Part shown: positions 41,666-51,674 of the stretch, piece by piece
Layout: each line of letters opens with the position of its first letter
Numbering within the stretch: the stretch's first letter is position 1
Source of the DNA: an uncultured archaeon
Lineage (GTDB): Archaea; Thermoproteota; Bathyarchaeia; Bathyarchaeales; Bathycorpusculaceae
Direction of reading: 5' to 3'
NCBI GenBank assembly: GCA_963810275.1
Contig: CAWENF010000026.1
Coordinates: forward strand, 1 to 64,000
Length of the DNA stretch: 64,000 nt
Notes under the pieces: generated by a model
The model's database searches: none
What the model saw: only the letters and a program-made list of their open reading frames with translations
Told to the model about the DNA's origin: nothing
Program-made: the position numbers and the translations under genes

Positions 41666-43060
41666 ATGGTTGAAGAATTCGACGTTATAGTTATCGGCTC
41701 AGGCTCAGGAATGCTTGTGGCTTCAGCAGCAGTCGAATCTGGGTACAGAGTGGCGCTTGTTGAAAATGGAAAAATGGGCGGTACCTGCATAAACGTAGGT
41801 TGCGTGCCCAGCAAGATGCTGATTTACCCCGCGGACGTAACCCAGACCATAGCTGAAGGACAAAAAATCGGAATCAGCGCCTCTGTTAACAGCGTGGATT
41901 TCCAGTCCATCATGCGTCGTATGCACAACCTCGTTGAGCATGATACAGGGATGCAAGCCAGAGGAGTCGAAGCCACCGAAGAGATGACGTGGTTTAAGGA
42001 AAACGGAGAGTTCATCTCGGATTACACCATGCAAATCGGCAGCCGAACCATAAAAGCCAAAACCATCTTTATCGCGTCAGGCGCGCGCCCCTCAGTTCCA
42101 CCTATTAAAGGCATAGAGAGCGTTAGGTATGTTACAAGCGACACTGTGCTGGAACTTCAAACCCAGCCAAAGAGCATTGTGATTGTGGGCGGCGGCTACA
42201 TCGGCATGGAGTACGGTCACTTCTTCAGCGGAATAGGCACCAAAACCATCGTAATCCAGCGTTCTGGGCGTCTACTGCCCGAGGAGGAACCGGAAGTCTC
42301 TGAGTTGCTCAAGTCGGAGGTGGAGAAGAGGATGGAGATTTACCTCAACACTGACGCCGTCGAGACAAGACAGGAAGGCAACAAAGTTGTGTTGGTCACC
42401 AAAAACCGCTTGGACGGCACCGAGAAAACCTTCACGGCGGACACTTTGATGATTGCAACGGGCAGAACCCCAAATGCAGCCAGTTTACACCCAGAGAAGA
42501 CAGGTGTCAAACTCGATCCCCGAGGCTTCGTTGTCGTGGATGACTATTTGGAAACTAGCAAAAAACACATTTACGCTTTCGGGGACGTCATCGGCAAGCA
42601 GATGTTTAAGCATGCAGCCAACTATGAGGCAGGGGTCGTCTGGCACAACTTCTCTAACGACAATCATAAGGTCAAAATGAATTTCTCCGCGACGCCGCAT
42701 GCAGTGTTTACGCATCCCCAAATCGCCGCTGTGGGACTTAAAGAGGAGGAGGCAAAACAGTACCACAACGTGCTTGTGGGCAGAGCGGAATACAAGGATA
42801 CAGCGATGGGTGCTGCCATGGGGGAACTCGAGGGCTTCGTGAAAGTCCTCGTCGAGAAAGAGACAGGCAAAATTTTGGGTGCACATATCATTGGACCCGA
42901 AGCTGCAGTGGTTATCCAAGAAGTCACAAACGCTATGGCGTCGGGCAACGGCGACTACGGCCCAATCGCACGTGGCATGCATATCCACCCGGCGCTAAAT
43001 GAGGTCGTGCAGAACGCCTTTGGCAACCTTCACGAGCACAGTCACGAACATGAGCATTAA
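41666..43060 (+). CDS. Dihydrolipoamide dehydrogenase / class I disulfide reductase
   Basis: IGSGSG, GGTCINVGCVPSK, GGGYIG, HPALNE dyad; His-rich C-terminus HEHSHEHEH. Confidence 0.88.
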   Translation: MVEEFDVIVIGSGSGMLVASAAVESGYRVALVENGKMGGTCINVGCVPSKMLIYPADVTQTIAEGQKIGISASVNSVDFQSIMRRMHNLVEHDTGMQARGVEATEEMTWFKENGEFISDYTMQIGSRTIKAKTIFIASGARPSVPPIKGIESVRYVTSDTVLELQTQPKSIVIVGGGYIGMEYGHFFSGIGTKTIVIQRSGRLLPEEEPEVSELLKSEVEKRMEIYLNTDAVETRQEGNKVVLVTKNRLDGTEKTFTADTLMIATGRTPNAASLHPEKTGVKLDPRGFVVVDDYLETSKKHIYAFGDVIGKQMFKHAANYEAGVVWHNFSNDNHKVKMNFSATPHAVFTHPQIAAVGLKEEEAKQYHNVLVGRAEYKDTAMGAAMGELEGFVKVLVEKETGKILGAHIIGPEAAVVIQEVTNAMASGNGDYGPIARGMHIHPALNEVVQNAFGNLHEHSHEHEH

Positions 43061-43299
43061 CTGTTTTGTGGGTTATTAGCCAAAACTTAACTTAGCGCCA
43101 ACACACAGTCGAGCTGTTCCATGCACCTTGTGGTAAGAATACCTCTGCCACACCTCGTCAAGCACGGGGACCGATCTGAAAACAAAAAGTAGTTGCAAAC
43201 AGCCGTAGTCTTGTGGCCGGAATTACCATACCTACATAAAGAGGTAACTAAACAGTTATATTCGCCCATTGCCCAAAATTCTAGCTGGAGAGTTTTTTA

Positions 43300-43584
43300 A
43301 TGCAGTTTTCAAAGGTTTCTGGAAAGAACAACAGCCACAAAGTAACCCTCTACGCCTTAAGCACCTGTGTCTGGTGCAAAATGACTAAACAGTTTCTAAA
43401 TGATAACGGCGTAGAATACGAGTATGTAGATGTCGACCTGCTGAACGCAGACGACAAAGGCAAAGCACACGAAGCCATCCTAAGCAAGGGCAGCAACTTA
43501 AGCTACCCCACAGTCATCGTGGACGACAAAAAAGTCATAGCGGGCTTTCGAAAAGACCAGCTTAAAGAGGCGCTGGGTGTTTGA
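43300..43584 (+). CDS. Glutaredoxin-like (NrdH-type) protein
   Basis: TCVWC, SYPTVIV, GF. Confidence 0.9.
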   Translation: MQFSKVSGKNNSHKVTLYALSTCVWCKMTKQFLNDNGVEYEYVDVDLLNADDKGKAHEAILSKGSNLSYPTVIVDDKKVIAGFRKDQLKEALGV

Positions 43585-44135
43585 GCCAGCAAGTAACAAT
43601 CGACAAAGTGCGCAGACGCGCCGAAGCAGACGCAAAAACCAACGGCATCTATCTAACCCCACAGCCAGAACTTTTACAGATGTTTCTGGAAGGGCTCAAA
43701 ACCAACGAGGACCGCTATGGCTACCCCGTTTGCCCTTGTCGACTAGGAACTGGTAACCTCGATTTAGACCGAGATATCATCTGTCCCTGTGACTACCGCG
43801 ACCCCGACGTAGCCCAGTACGGCGCGTGCTACTGCCGTCTCTACGTCAACAAAGCGGTGTATGAAAGTAAAAACCTCCCCGAAGTTCCCGAGCGTCGCCC
43901 TAAAGAGAAAATGGAGCGCGCCTACGGAATCCCCTCATCCAGCACAGAAAAAGAAGCTTCAGCGGAGCAGGCTACGCAACCCACCAAACCGGCTACGCCC
44001 AAAAAGAAGCTGTGGTACTGCAAACAATGCGGATACGTCGTTTTCCGTGAAGACCCGCCTTATGTTTGTCCTATTTGTAAAGCAAAACGAGAGATGTTTG
44101 CGGAAATCGACGCTAAAGTAGACTTTTACGGTTAG
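43581..44135 (+). CDS. Ferredoxin:thioredoxin reductase catalytic domain fused to rubredoxin-like domain
   Basis: CPCR, CPC, CYC motifs; C-terminal WYCKQCGY..CPICKA. Confidence 0.9.
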   Translation: MSQQVTIDKVRRRAEADAKTNGIYLTPQPELLQMFLEGLKTNEDRYGYPVCPCRLGTGNLDLDRDIICPCDYRDPDVAQYGACYCRLYVNKAVYESKNLPEVPERRPKEKMERAYGIPSSSTEKEASAEQATQPTKPATPKKKLWYCKQCGYVVFREDPPYVCPICKAKREMFAEIDAKVDFYG

Positions 44136-44283
44136 ACTTCTCTATTTGCACGTCTACTTTTTTCCAGTCCCCACCTATGCCGTGCCGCGTACTCACTGCT
44201 CCAGCATGGGTCGAGTCCAGGATGCTTTCAACAAAATTATCTATGGGAGTCGCTTTATCGTTAACTTTCACCTTTTTACCCAT
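44113..44283 (-). CDS. Small hypothetical protein (resembles the MobB C-terminal appendage domain)
   Basis: KVKVNDKATPIDNFVESIL..AVST..GI..DWKKVDVQI. Confidence 0.45.
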   Translation of the reverse strand: MGKKVKVNDKATPIDNFVESILDSTHAGAVSTRHGIGGDWKKVDVQIEKSNRKSLL

Positions 44284-44388
44284 CAAGTCCTCCGCCTTAG
44301 CCACCCTAATTGGCAGAAGCGACATAAAAGGTTGACCCAAAAAAAGGAAAAGTTTTTTCTAAACTAAAATTGGGGAGAATGCGCCTTT

Positions 44389-44523
44389 TTAGGCGTAAGT
44401 TAGGTTATTATTCCTCATGTGATCGTCAGCGTGCATTGCCCTTCTATCCAACGTGTACTTGGCAAATGCAACTGTGAGTGAAGCAATGCCGAAAACCTCA
44501 ATGGCCAAAGCGGCTATGTCCAT
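44389..44523 (-). CDS. Small single-TM peptide (44 aa)
   Basis: MDIAALAIEVFGIASLTVAFAKYTLDRRAMHADDHMRNNNLTYA; AGGTGA RBS overlaps the upstream ORF stop. Confidence 0.55.
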   Translation of the reverse strand: MDIAALAIEVFGIASLTVAFAKYTLDRRAMHADDHMRNNNLTYA

Positions 44524-44529
44524 GCTTCA

Positions 44530-44667
44530 TCACCTGCTCGCTACTCCGTGGTAGTTGTGATTTAGGCATGTGCATTCTACGTTTACTTTCTTCGGTAAAC
44601 AGGTCTCGGATGCGAATGGTCCTGCCAGGGCAGTGACGCCTAAACCTACTAACGTTGTGTTTGTCAT
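44530..44667 (-). CDS. Small Cys/His-containing peptide (45 aa)
   Basis: MTNTTLVGLGVTALAGPFASETCLPKKVNVECTCLNHNYHGVASR; AAAGGTGA RBS and TTTATAT box upstream. Confidence 0.5.
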   Translation of the reverse strand: MTNTTLVGLGVTALAGPFASETCLPKKVNVECTCLNHNYHGVASR

Positions 44668-44791
44668 TTGTTTTCACCTTTTCAGGTATATTCTATATTT
44701 GTTTAATAAAATATAAATGTAGTTAAGATTTGTTCATAACTTTTAATATAAACCAAACAAAAATATAGAGAAGAAAAGACCCATCTGACAG

Positions 44792-45349
44792 TTAGACTCT
44801 TGAACCGCTCGGCTTTAAAATAACCCGCAGCTTAGTGAGGTTCTCCTTAATCTCCACCTTAACACCCATCGCAGAGAAATACTCCTCCAAAAAGATGCGG
44901 ATAAAATCCTTAGAAACCTCCGAAACCAACACCAACGTATAATCGTTAGATCCGTTGCGAATAAGACGGTAAAAGTTGCAGGATTCAAGTCGCGTTAACA
45001 TATCCTCAGTAGTATGCACCTTGCCTTTAAGCTGCTCCCAATGTGCCCGCGCAAATTCTCGATGCTCCTTCCAGAACGCTTCTTTCATAGGCGAAGTTTC
45101 GATTAAACGTAGAAACATAAGCCAATGATCAACGTCCACAATAACGTGTTCACCGCTAAGCAACATATCCATGTAGGCACGAATTTTCTTTTTAATTTGA
45201 GGGTCTTCTTGAACCCTGTTTTCACTGTAGAACTTCAGGGCACGACGCATGATTTCACTCTGCGATGCGTCCGCTTCAGTGCTGATTTTTTCCAGCAAAT
45301 CCGCCGTATTTTTGTCGAATGCTACAGTGATTCTAGTCGGGTTTGGCAT
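44792..45349 (-). CDS. Ribbon-helix-helix (CopG-family) regulator with C-terminal sensory domain
   Basis: RITVAFD..LEKI..SQSEIMRRAL; GEHVIVDVDHW. Confidence 0.85.
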   Translation of the reverse strand: MPNPTRITVAFDKNTADLLEKISTEADASQSEIMRRALKFYSENRVQEDPQIKKKIRAYMDMLLSGEHVIVDVDHWLMFLRLIETSPMKEAFWKEHREFARAHWEQLKGKVHTTEDMLTRLESCNFYRLIRNGSNDYTLVLVSEVSKDFIRIFLEEYFSAMGVKVEIKENLTKLRVILKPSGSRV

Positions 45350-45542
45350 GGGGTTTCACTACGAAATGTTGACACACATGCATTTTAACCTAAATTATTT
45401 AAACATTACGCCGAAGAATAAGTATTTAGCTTTGCAATTTTCGAATAGATAACCCCATTAGCTAGACACATGTTTAACAAGTATACGGGTTAAGGGAAAA
45501 GCTTTTTTTACCAACACCAACCTAACATACTAGCGATTCGTT

Positions 45543-46220
45543 TTGCTGGAGAAACAGGCAGTGAAAACACCGATAGTTTATCTAGAACCAAAGCAGAGAG
45601 CCGCAAAAGTAGTAGAAATACTCGAAAAACAATACCCCCACGCCAAAACTGCATTGCACTTCAATACACCCCTAGAGCTGCTGATCGCTACCATGCTCTC
45701 CGCACAGACAACCGACGTACGCGTCAACATGGTTACCCAGGCACTATTTAAAAAATATAAGACCGCCGAAGACTACGTCAAAGTCAGCACCCAAGAACTC
45801 GAATCTGACATACGTAGCACAGGTTTCTACCACAACAAAGCCCGAAACCTCAAAAAATGCTGCCAGCTCCTCGTAGAAAAATTCCATGGTCAAGTCCCCA
45901 AAACCATGAGTGAACTTGTCGAGCTGCCCGGCGTGGCACGCAAAACAGCAAACATTGTGCTCTACAATGCCTATGGGATCACCGCAGGAATAGCCGTGGA
46001 TACGCATGTTCTTCGTTTGTCTAAAAGGCTGGGGCTTACGGCTAACAATGACCAAAACAAAGTCGAGCAGGACCTCATGGCTATCGTCCCCAAAGACAAA
46101 TGGATGCCCCTTACAGACCTGCTGATTTTTCATGGCAGAAAAATCTGCGACGCAAAGAAACCGCGCTGCGATATCTGTGTGCTTAACCAGATTTGTCCCA
46201 GCGCCTTCACGTTTGCCTAG
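45543..46220 (+). CDS. nth: Endonuclease III
   Basis: LSAQTTD, Hh[14 protein letters not shown], Cx6Cx2Cx5C. Confidence 0.96.
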   Translation: MLEKQAVKTPIVYLEPKQRAAKVVEILEKQYPHAKTALHFNTPLELLIATMLSAQTTDVRVNMVTQALFKKYKTAEDYVKVSTQELESDIRSTGFYHNKARNLKKCCQLLVEKFHGQVPKTMSELVELPGVARKTANIVLYNAYGITAGIAVDTHVLRLSKRLGLTANNDQNKVEQDLMAIVPKDKWMPLTDLLIFHGRKICDAKKPRCDICVLNQICPSAFTFA

Positions 46221-46272
46221 TCAGCAACCGTTAAAAGTAGCATATAACTTCTTTTCTGTGAGGCTAAATTTT

Positions 46273-46749
46273 ATGGTAAACGTTAAAGTTGGAGATAAAG
46301 CACCTGATTTCACCTTGACAGATGTTGATATGAAAATCCGCAGTCTACATGAGTTTTTGGGTAAAAAAGTTGTTTTAGCATTTTTTGTTGGCGCATTCAC
46401 TAAAACCTGCACGATGGAGGTTTGTGCTTTCCGTGATTCAATGGCGTACCTGACTGACTTGGATGCACAGGTGATCGGAGTAAGCGTTAACGACCCGTTT
46501 AGTAACAAGGCGTTTGCAAAAGAAAACTATTTGCCGTATCCAATTCTTAGCGACTACAATCGAGAAGTAATAAGAATGTACGGTTTGGAGAAAACGGACT
46601 ATTCAGGGTTACACGGTTACAGCGTTGCTAAACGCTCAATCATTATTGTTGACCGCCAAGGCATAATCCGTTACATGTGGGTCTCCGACAATCTCGAAGT
46701 GGAACCTAACTATAACGAAATAAAAGATTCGCTAGAACAAATCCCCTAA
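46273..46749 (+). CDS. Peroxiredoxin (BCP/PrxQ type)
   Basis: [27 protein letters not shown]. Confidence 0.9.
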   Translation: MVNVKVGDKAPDFTLTDVDMKIRSLHEFLGKKVVLAFFVGAFTKTCTMEVCAFRDSMAYLTDLDAQVIGVSVNDPFSNKAFAKENYLPYPILSDYNREVIRMYGLEKTDYSGLHGYSVAKRSIIIVDRQGIIRYMWVSDNLEVEPNYNEIKDSLEQIP

Positions 46750-46769
46750 CTCTATACGAATTAACACGT

Positions 46770-47599
46770 TCCTTCTGCTGTGTAAATGCAGGTTTGCAGC
46801 TGGTTATCTTTAATACGACTACCAGAATGATTAAAACAGCAATTAAACCGCTTATTAACGGAAAAGTCAATTCTGCGACGAGAAGAAACATCGGGGATTG
46901 GATTCAGTTATCGACGGCGATATCCAAATGTGGCATTTGAACTTTTTTGTTGGGGATACTGTGCCGTCTTTTGCTAAAAGATAGAGTTCAAAGCCTTGCT
47001 GGTTTGGTGTGATTGGGTTGCTGATGTTTAGTCAGACATGCCAATAGGCGAGCGGAATGATAGCCAATGAAAGCGCTATCTAAGTAAACCACATGGACGC
47101 CTGATAAATTGAAGCCTGTTTCCCGAAGTAGCGACTATTCCATAAATTAGTGTTGTATGTAAAGTCTTGAACGTATTCAGAGGCGGTAATTGCTTGTTCC
47201 TCTGAGAGGTTATTGGTGGTGTCGCCGATTTGCTAATTAATACGGAAGTCACGGAATAAAATATGGCTGACTTCTTAGAGCATAAGTTAAGCTAACACCA
47301 GTATACTCGACACCATTGTGAAAGTTAATGATGTATTCGTTGCTGGAATTGCTATAAAAGTGCGGGTCATAGTTGAGTTGAAAATCATTTAGCCTCCAGA
47401 GGTGGTGCGCTTTGAGAGCGGGTTACAGTCCAGTGGCTCATATCGAGCCCAATACGTCGCCTAAGAAAGACACAAGTTTTTCGGTAAACATATCGGTAGG
47501 TGGTTGCGCTTGGCACCTCGAAAAAACAAAGGGAATAAGTATCAAAGTCGCAAGCATAATCATCAACGGTTTGGCTGCTTAAGTTGATATGAGCCTCAT
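46770..47599 (-). pseudogene. Decayed secreted/membrane-anchored protein gene
   Basis: Fragments: signal-like LMIMLATLILIPFVFSRCQAQ, EKLVSFLGDV/GLDM, C-terminal TM ISGLIAVLIILVVVLK; many stops and shifts. Confidence 0.45.
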
Positions 47600-47766
47600 G
47601 GGTGCTGTCCTAAGCACAACTGTCTTTATGGGTTTACATTCAAGTTTTAGCCGAATCTAAACTGAGCCTGACTAATGGTGGTTGCTGGAATCTCATTTTG
47701 GGGTAACAAAAGTTATTAGCTCCTATTGGTGATAAGTGAGTGTTATTTGCATGGTGACCTGCTGCA

Positions 47767-48636
47767 GTGTCTTTTGAAATCCAAGAGTTACCCGACGTCA
47801 TCAGAGTTATTGTTTTACTCACCCTGAAAAAAGGGAATAAAGTCAAAAAAACAACCCTCAAAAACCGCCTAGATAAAGTCTGCTCTAGCTATGCCTGCAT
47901 CGAAATCGGCGAGCTCGATAAGGCACTAAAAGAGATGGCGGCTGAGGGCATAATCACCCTTAAAGATGACGATTTGGTGCAGTTGACCGCTCAGGGTGTG
48001 CGGTTAGGTAAGGAATGGGAAAGCCTGTTGCTTAAAAAAGAACCTATAATGGAAGTCGTCGCGGGTCTCGTGGATGGATCCGTCACCAGTCTAGTCGTTA
48101 TTCTATCAGCGTTTATCGGCACCCTCACTGCTAACGCCATATTTTCAAACCCTGACCTCGTGATTTTCTCTGCTTTTTTAACATTAAGCGCTGTTGCCAT
48201 CACAAACTTTTCCAGTTTCCTCTTAGGCGGCATCACTGAAGACCTAAACGACATCATGACGCTTCAGAACTTGATGAACTACAGCCTAAGCGATATTCCC
48301 GACAAGAAAGAACGCGACAAGTCCCTTCTGCTTGTGCATAAGCTTTTTACGGTGCTGGGTAAAGAGATTCACCGCTCTAACCTCTACGCGGCGATTATCT
48401 GCGGAGTCACAACTTTCATAGCAGGCATCATTCCTATAGCAACTTATCTGGCACTGGCGCCTTTTGCTCCGCTAAACATTGTTGTTTCACTTGTAGAAGT
48501 GGTTGCCATTTCAGGGATTTTCCTTGTGCGTTACCGTTCGAAGAAGACCAGAGTGAGCTGGAAAATCACGTTGGCTGAAACTTTAACGATTGTGATTGTG
48601 GCTGCGATTGTTTCACTACTGCTGGGCGCCGCTTAA
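47767..48636 (+). CDS. Winged-HTH plus VIT1/CCC1-like membrane domain fusion
   Basis: N-terminal wHTH (ELDKALKEMAAEGII..VQLTAQG); then AGLVDGSVT, 5 TM, TTFIAGIIP. Confidence 0.65.
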   Translation: MSFEIQELPDVIRVIVLLTLKKGNKVKKTTLKNRLDKVCSSYACIEIGELDKALKEMAAEGIITLKDDDLVQLTAQGVRLGKEWESLLLKKEPIMEVVAGLVDGSVTSLVVILSAFIGTLTANAIFSNPDLVIFSAFLTLSAVAITNFSSFLLGGITEDLNDIMTLQNLMNYSLSDIPDKKERDKSLLLVHKLFTVLGKEIHRSNLYAAIICGVTTFIAGIIPIATYLALAPFAPLNIVVSLVEVVAISGIFLVRYRSKKTRVSWKITLAETLTIVIVAAIVSLLLGAA

Positions 48637-49076
48637 AGGTTAGCCTTGAAACAATTGGATGCCCTATGAGTGAGCATTAGACATTTATCCATAACCACAA
48701 TTAGCCCTGTCTGAATAGCTGCCTTTGCCGCTGCCTCGTTTACAATGCCCCGTTGCATCCAAACAGCACAAAGATGCCCATATCTGCGTTTTAATTCGAT
48801 AGCTTGTTCTACAACAGGCGGAACATCCGAGCTTTTTCGGAATATATCCACGATATCGATGGTTTGGGCAAGCTTGGGTGGTATAGCGCTGAGACTATTA
48901 TAGCTTTTTTCACCTAAAATGTTGCTGGCATTGGGGTTAACAGGTACGATGCGGTAGCCACATCGTTTTAGGTAGGACGCAACAAGAAAGCTCTCTTTAG
49001 TAGAGTCAGTAGATAAGCCGACAACAGCGATGACAGTACAATTTGTTAAGATGTTTTGCATGTCGAGTTCACTCAA
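48633..49076 (-). CDS. CoA-binding protein
   Basis: IAVVGLS, IVPVNP, DIVDIFR, WMQ.GI, VMDKC. Confidence 0.9.
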   Translation of the reverse strand: MSELDMQNILTNCTVIAVVGLSTDSTKESFLVASYLKRCGYRIVPVNPNASNILGEKSYNSLSAIPPKLAQTIDIVDIFRKSSDVPPVVEQAIELKRRYGHLCAVWMQRGIVNEAAAKAAIQTGLIVVMDKCLMLTHRASNCFKANL

Positions 49077-49128
49077 AAACGTCACCTCAATTCTCAAACG
49101 AATTAGGGTGGGTTAGCGGTAATAAAGG

Positions 49129-49518
49129 TTAAAGTTTTGTTTGTCGACAGAAGAAACAGTTTTCTGCCCAATCCTGTTGCATTTCAGCTTGGCATTTGGG
49201 GCATATTAAGCCTTTTTCGCGAATGAAGACGCAGGTTGTGCAGAAGAGTTCTAGGAGTTCTAGTTTGTTTTGGGGGGCTTTAATAATTGTGATGACCATT
49301 TGCTCGATGAGAGCGATTACTTCTTGAGTGCTTTCGATTGCTGATAGATTGGCACCTCTTTGCCTGCCGATATATCGGCTGACGGCGGATTGGGAAAGCC
49401 CTAAGAGGTTGGCTGTTTGTTTTTCTGTGTAGCCGTGTTTTTGGACTATGCTGCGTGCCATTATAGCTTTTACGGCTGGCAGGACTGTTTTTACACCGAC
49501 TTCGCATGGGAGTAGCAA
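49129..49518 (-). CDS. HTH regulator with Cys-rich C-terminus (COG2522-like)
   Basis: PCE..LPA, LGLSQSAVSRY..RG, CTTC..CPKC..CFFC. Confidence 0.8.
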   Translation of the reverse strand: MLLPCEVGVKTVLPAVKAIMARSIVQKHGYTEKQTANLLGLSQSAVSRYIGRQRGANLSAIESTQEVIALIEQMVITIIKAPQNKLELLELFCTTCVFIREKGLICPKCQAEMQQDWAENCFFCRQTKL

Positions 49519-49562
49519 GTTTGCACCTTGTTTGGGGTATTTTGTGGGTAAACCTATTTAAG

Positions 49563-49595
49563 TATGACGTCCGTCATAGAATATGACACGTGTCA
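49563..49595. promoter_or_regulatory. Tandem TGAC-N4-GTCA palindromic operator pair
   Basis: TATGACGTCCGTCATA (49563-49578) and TGACACGTGTCA (49584-49595), next to a TTAAATA box in a divergent intergenic region. Confidence 0.65.
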
Positions 49596-49683
49596 AGACA
49601 GAAAAGCAGCCAACCAAATTAAATCCACATCAACCACATTCCTTCCAAAGGTCTGCCTTGACACCAAAATAGGAGAAACAAAA

Positions 49684-50625
49684 ATGGCAAACCGCCTACA
49701 AACCCTTCAAACAGGCGAAAAACGAGACTTAACAACTATACTTAAAAAACTCGACGCGCAATGCCAAAACTGTGCCCCCACATCAGCACTCGAATGCATA
49801 AACCGCTGCAAAGTCTACAAACTAAAAAATGAACTTCGCAACCTACGCGAAGCCATGAATAACCCAAACTACACCAAAGAATTATTCAACGTACTCAAAA
49901 ACCAAACCCGCCTTCACATCCTAAAATCTATAGCTGATGGCAGATACTCTGTTAGTCAGCTTCAGCAAGAACTCAAGAAAAACGGGTATAATCATAGCCA
50001 AGATACCATACACGAAGAGTACCTCCAGCCATTGATGTCTGTGGGTTTAGCGATGGAGTCCTGCGAACATTATTACGCAACCCAATTCGGAGGACGCCTA
50101 ACGGAAACCCTCGAAATATTCCCAGAATTCGCAGAAGTCTTGCCTGCACACTCGGAATGCTATGAAGAAACCCTCCTCCAAACACTCATTTCAGGACCTA
50201 AAACCTTCGAGGACATAGAAAAAGTGGTGTCACCCAAAATCGCATCGCGAATACTCAAACGGCTCCGCCAAGTCGGCTTACTTGAAACCCCGGAAGAGAG
50301 AGACTACATCTTTTTCTTCAAATCAAAACGCGACCCCAACAAAGAAACATTGACATCAACCGAAGAGAAAGTCTACCGTTCAATCCCCGACGAAGGAATC
50401 TCAGCCGGCAAATTAGCCAAAGAAGCTGATTTATCTATCCGCAGAATCTACAAATACCTTCGCGGACTGAAAGGCAAAAAACTTGTGTTCGTAAGAAAAA
50501 CACCCAAAGCCTACGCTTTAACCGACAAGGGCACAGCGCTGGCTTCAGTGCTTGAAGAACTAAATCAAATAGTCGAGGAAACCTGGAGTTCCTCTCGACA
50601 GGTTTTCCATGCCGAAAACGCCTAA
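49684..50625 (+). CDS. Multi-wHTH protein with N-terminal Cys cluster
   Basis: CQNCAPTSALECINRC followed by three wHTH-like repeats (RLHIL..YSVSQLQ; KTFEDI..RILKRL; ISAGKLA..IYKYLRGL..YALTDKG). Confidence 0.75.
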   Translation: MANRLQTLQTGEKRDLTTILKKLDAQCQNCAPTSALECINRCKVYKLKNELRNLREAMNNPNYTKELFNVLKNQTRLHILKSIADGRYSVSQLQQELKKNGYNHSQDTIHEEYLQPLMSVGLAMESCEHYYATQFGGRLTETLEIFPEFAEVLPAHSECYEETLLQTLISGPKTFEDIEKVVSPKIASRILKRLRQVGLLETPEERDYIFFFKSKRDPNKETLTSTEEKVYRSIPDEGISAGKLAKEADLSIRRIYKYLRGLKGKKLVFVRKTPKAYALTDKGTALASVLEELNQIVEETWSSSRQVFHAENA

Positions 50626-50637
50626 ATTTTCCTTTTT

Positions 50638-51120
50638 TTAGCCCGGCGCCCCGTGGAATGGCACGTTTTCCCAGAGCATCTTCCACCAGTCGTCTTCAGT
50701 GATGGTTTCGCCGTGCACGATGATTTCCTGCACCATTTTTAGCATGATGTGATGGCGAACTTCGTCCTCAAGGATTGCTTTTAGCAGGAAGATCACTTTC
50801 TCATTTTCAATTTCAGGGATACGCTCTTTTAGGACTTTTATCAGTTTAGCTTCGACATCTATGTGGTGCTGAATAAGTGCTTTGTGCTTGTCAAGGTCTT
50901 CTTGTTTTAGGGCGGTTGAAGCGCTGGTTAGCAATGTGATAGCTGAAGTATAAAGTTCAGCGTGCTTAATCGAATCCAGAGACACACCTTTGAGGACGCC
51001 GCGTACCGCTGGGTTTACCATGTCCTTAAGTGCTTTTTCAAGAGAGTCCACAATTTCTTTTTCAACAACAACTTGGTTTTTTAGGAAATCAATCAAGTCT
51101 TCTTGTTTTTTCTGTTCCAT
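50638..51120 (-). CDS. Ferritin-like (rubrerythrin-fold) protein
   Basis: E..DSIKH and E..DEVRHH diiron-type pairs. Confidence 0.78.
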   Translation of the reverse strand: MEQKKQEDLIDFLKNQVVVEKEIVDSLEKALKDMVNPAVRGVLKGVSLDSIKHAELYTSAITLLTSASTALKQEDLDKHKALIQHHIDVEAKLIKVLKERIPEIENEKVIFLLKAILEDEVRHHIMLKMVQEIIVHGETITEDDWWKMLWENVPFHGAPG

Positions 51121-51147
51121 AACAAAAGTCTCCCATTGGGGTAATGG

Positions 51148-51591
51148 TTAAGCCTGATTTTTCAAGGTTTCGGCTATTTTTCTGCCGAAGTCTTTTGAGG
51201 CATCAAGGGCATCTTGGTCAGGGATGTACTTGGCAAGCAGCGGCTCCAATGGGGCTTGCATTCCAAGTTGACTCGTCATTATATCTTGGACCATTTTTGG
51301 AGCTTCTCCGCTCCAGCCATAGGATCCAAACGTGGCAGCGACTTTGCCCTTGAGTTTTATGCCTTTCTGGGCAGCTTCATCAAAGAGGTTTTTAAACTCC
51401 ACAGGTATATCTTTGCGGTATGTAGGCGCACCCACAGCAATGGCGTCATAGCTGTTTAAATCAGAGGCGTCCACGTGGAAGCTTAATTCAACGGCTAAAT
51501 CCGGCACTGATTTGGCTCCTTCCGCTAAGGCTTTAGCCATATTCTCGGTGTTTCCACTACGGCTATAGTACAAAACAAGTAATTTCTTCAT
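51148..51591 (-). CDS. Flavodoxin
   Basis: YYSRSGNTENMA, VGAPTY, FGSYGWSG. Confidence 0.9.
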   Translation of the reverse strand: MKKLLVLYYSRSGNTENMAKALAEGAKSVPDLAVELSFHVDASDLNSYDAIAVGAPTYRKDIPVEFKNLFDEAAQKGIKLKGKVAATFGSYGWSGEAPKMVQDIMTSQLGMQAPLEPLLAKYIPDQDALDASKDFGRKIAETLKNQA

Positions 51592-51674
51592 AACCAAAAA
51601 TTGGGGGTTTGAATATTTCAATTTTTTGCTTGCCACTAAAAAAGCCAGAATGTCAAAAAAATTCGTATACTACC

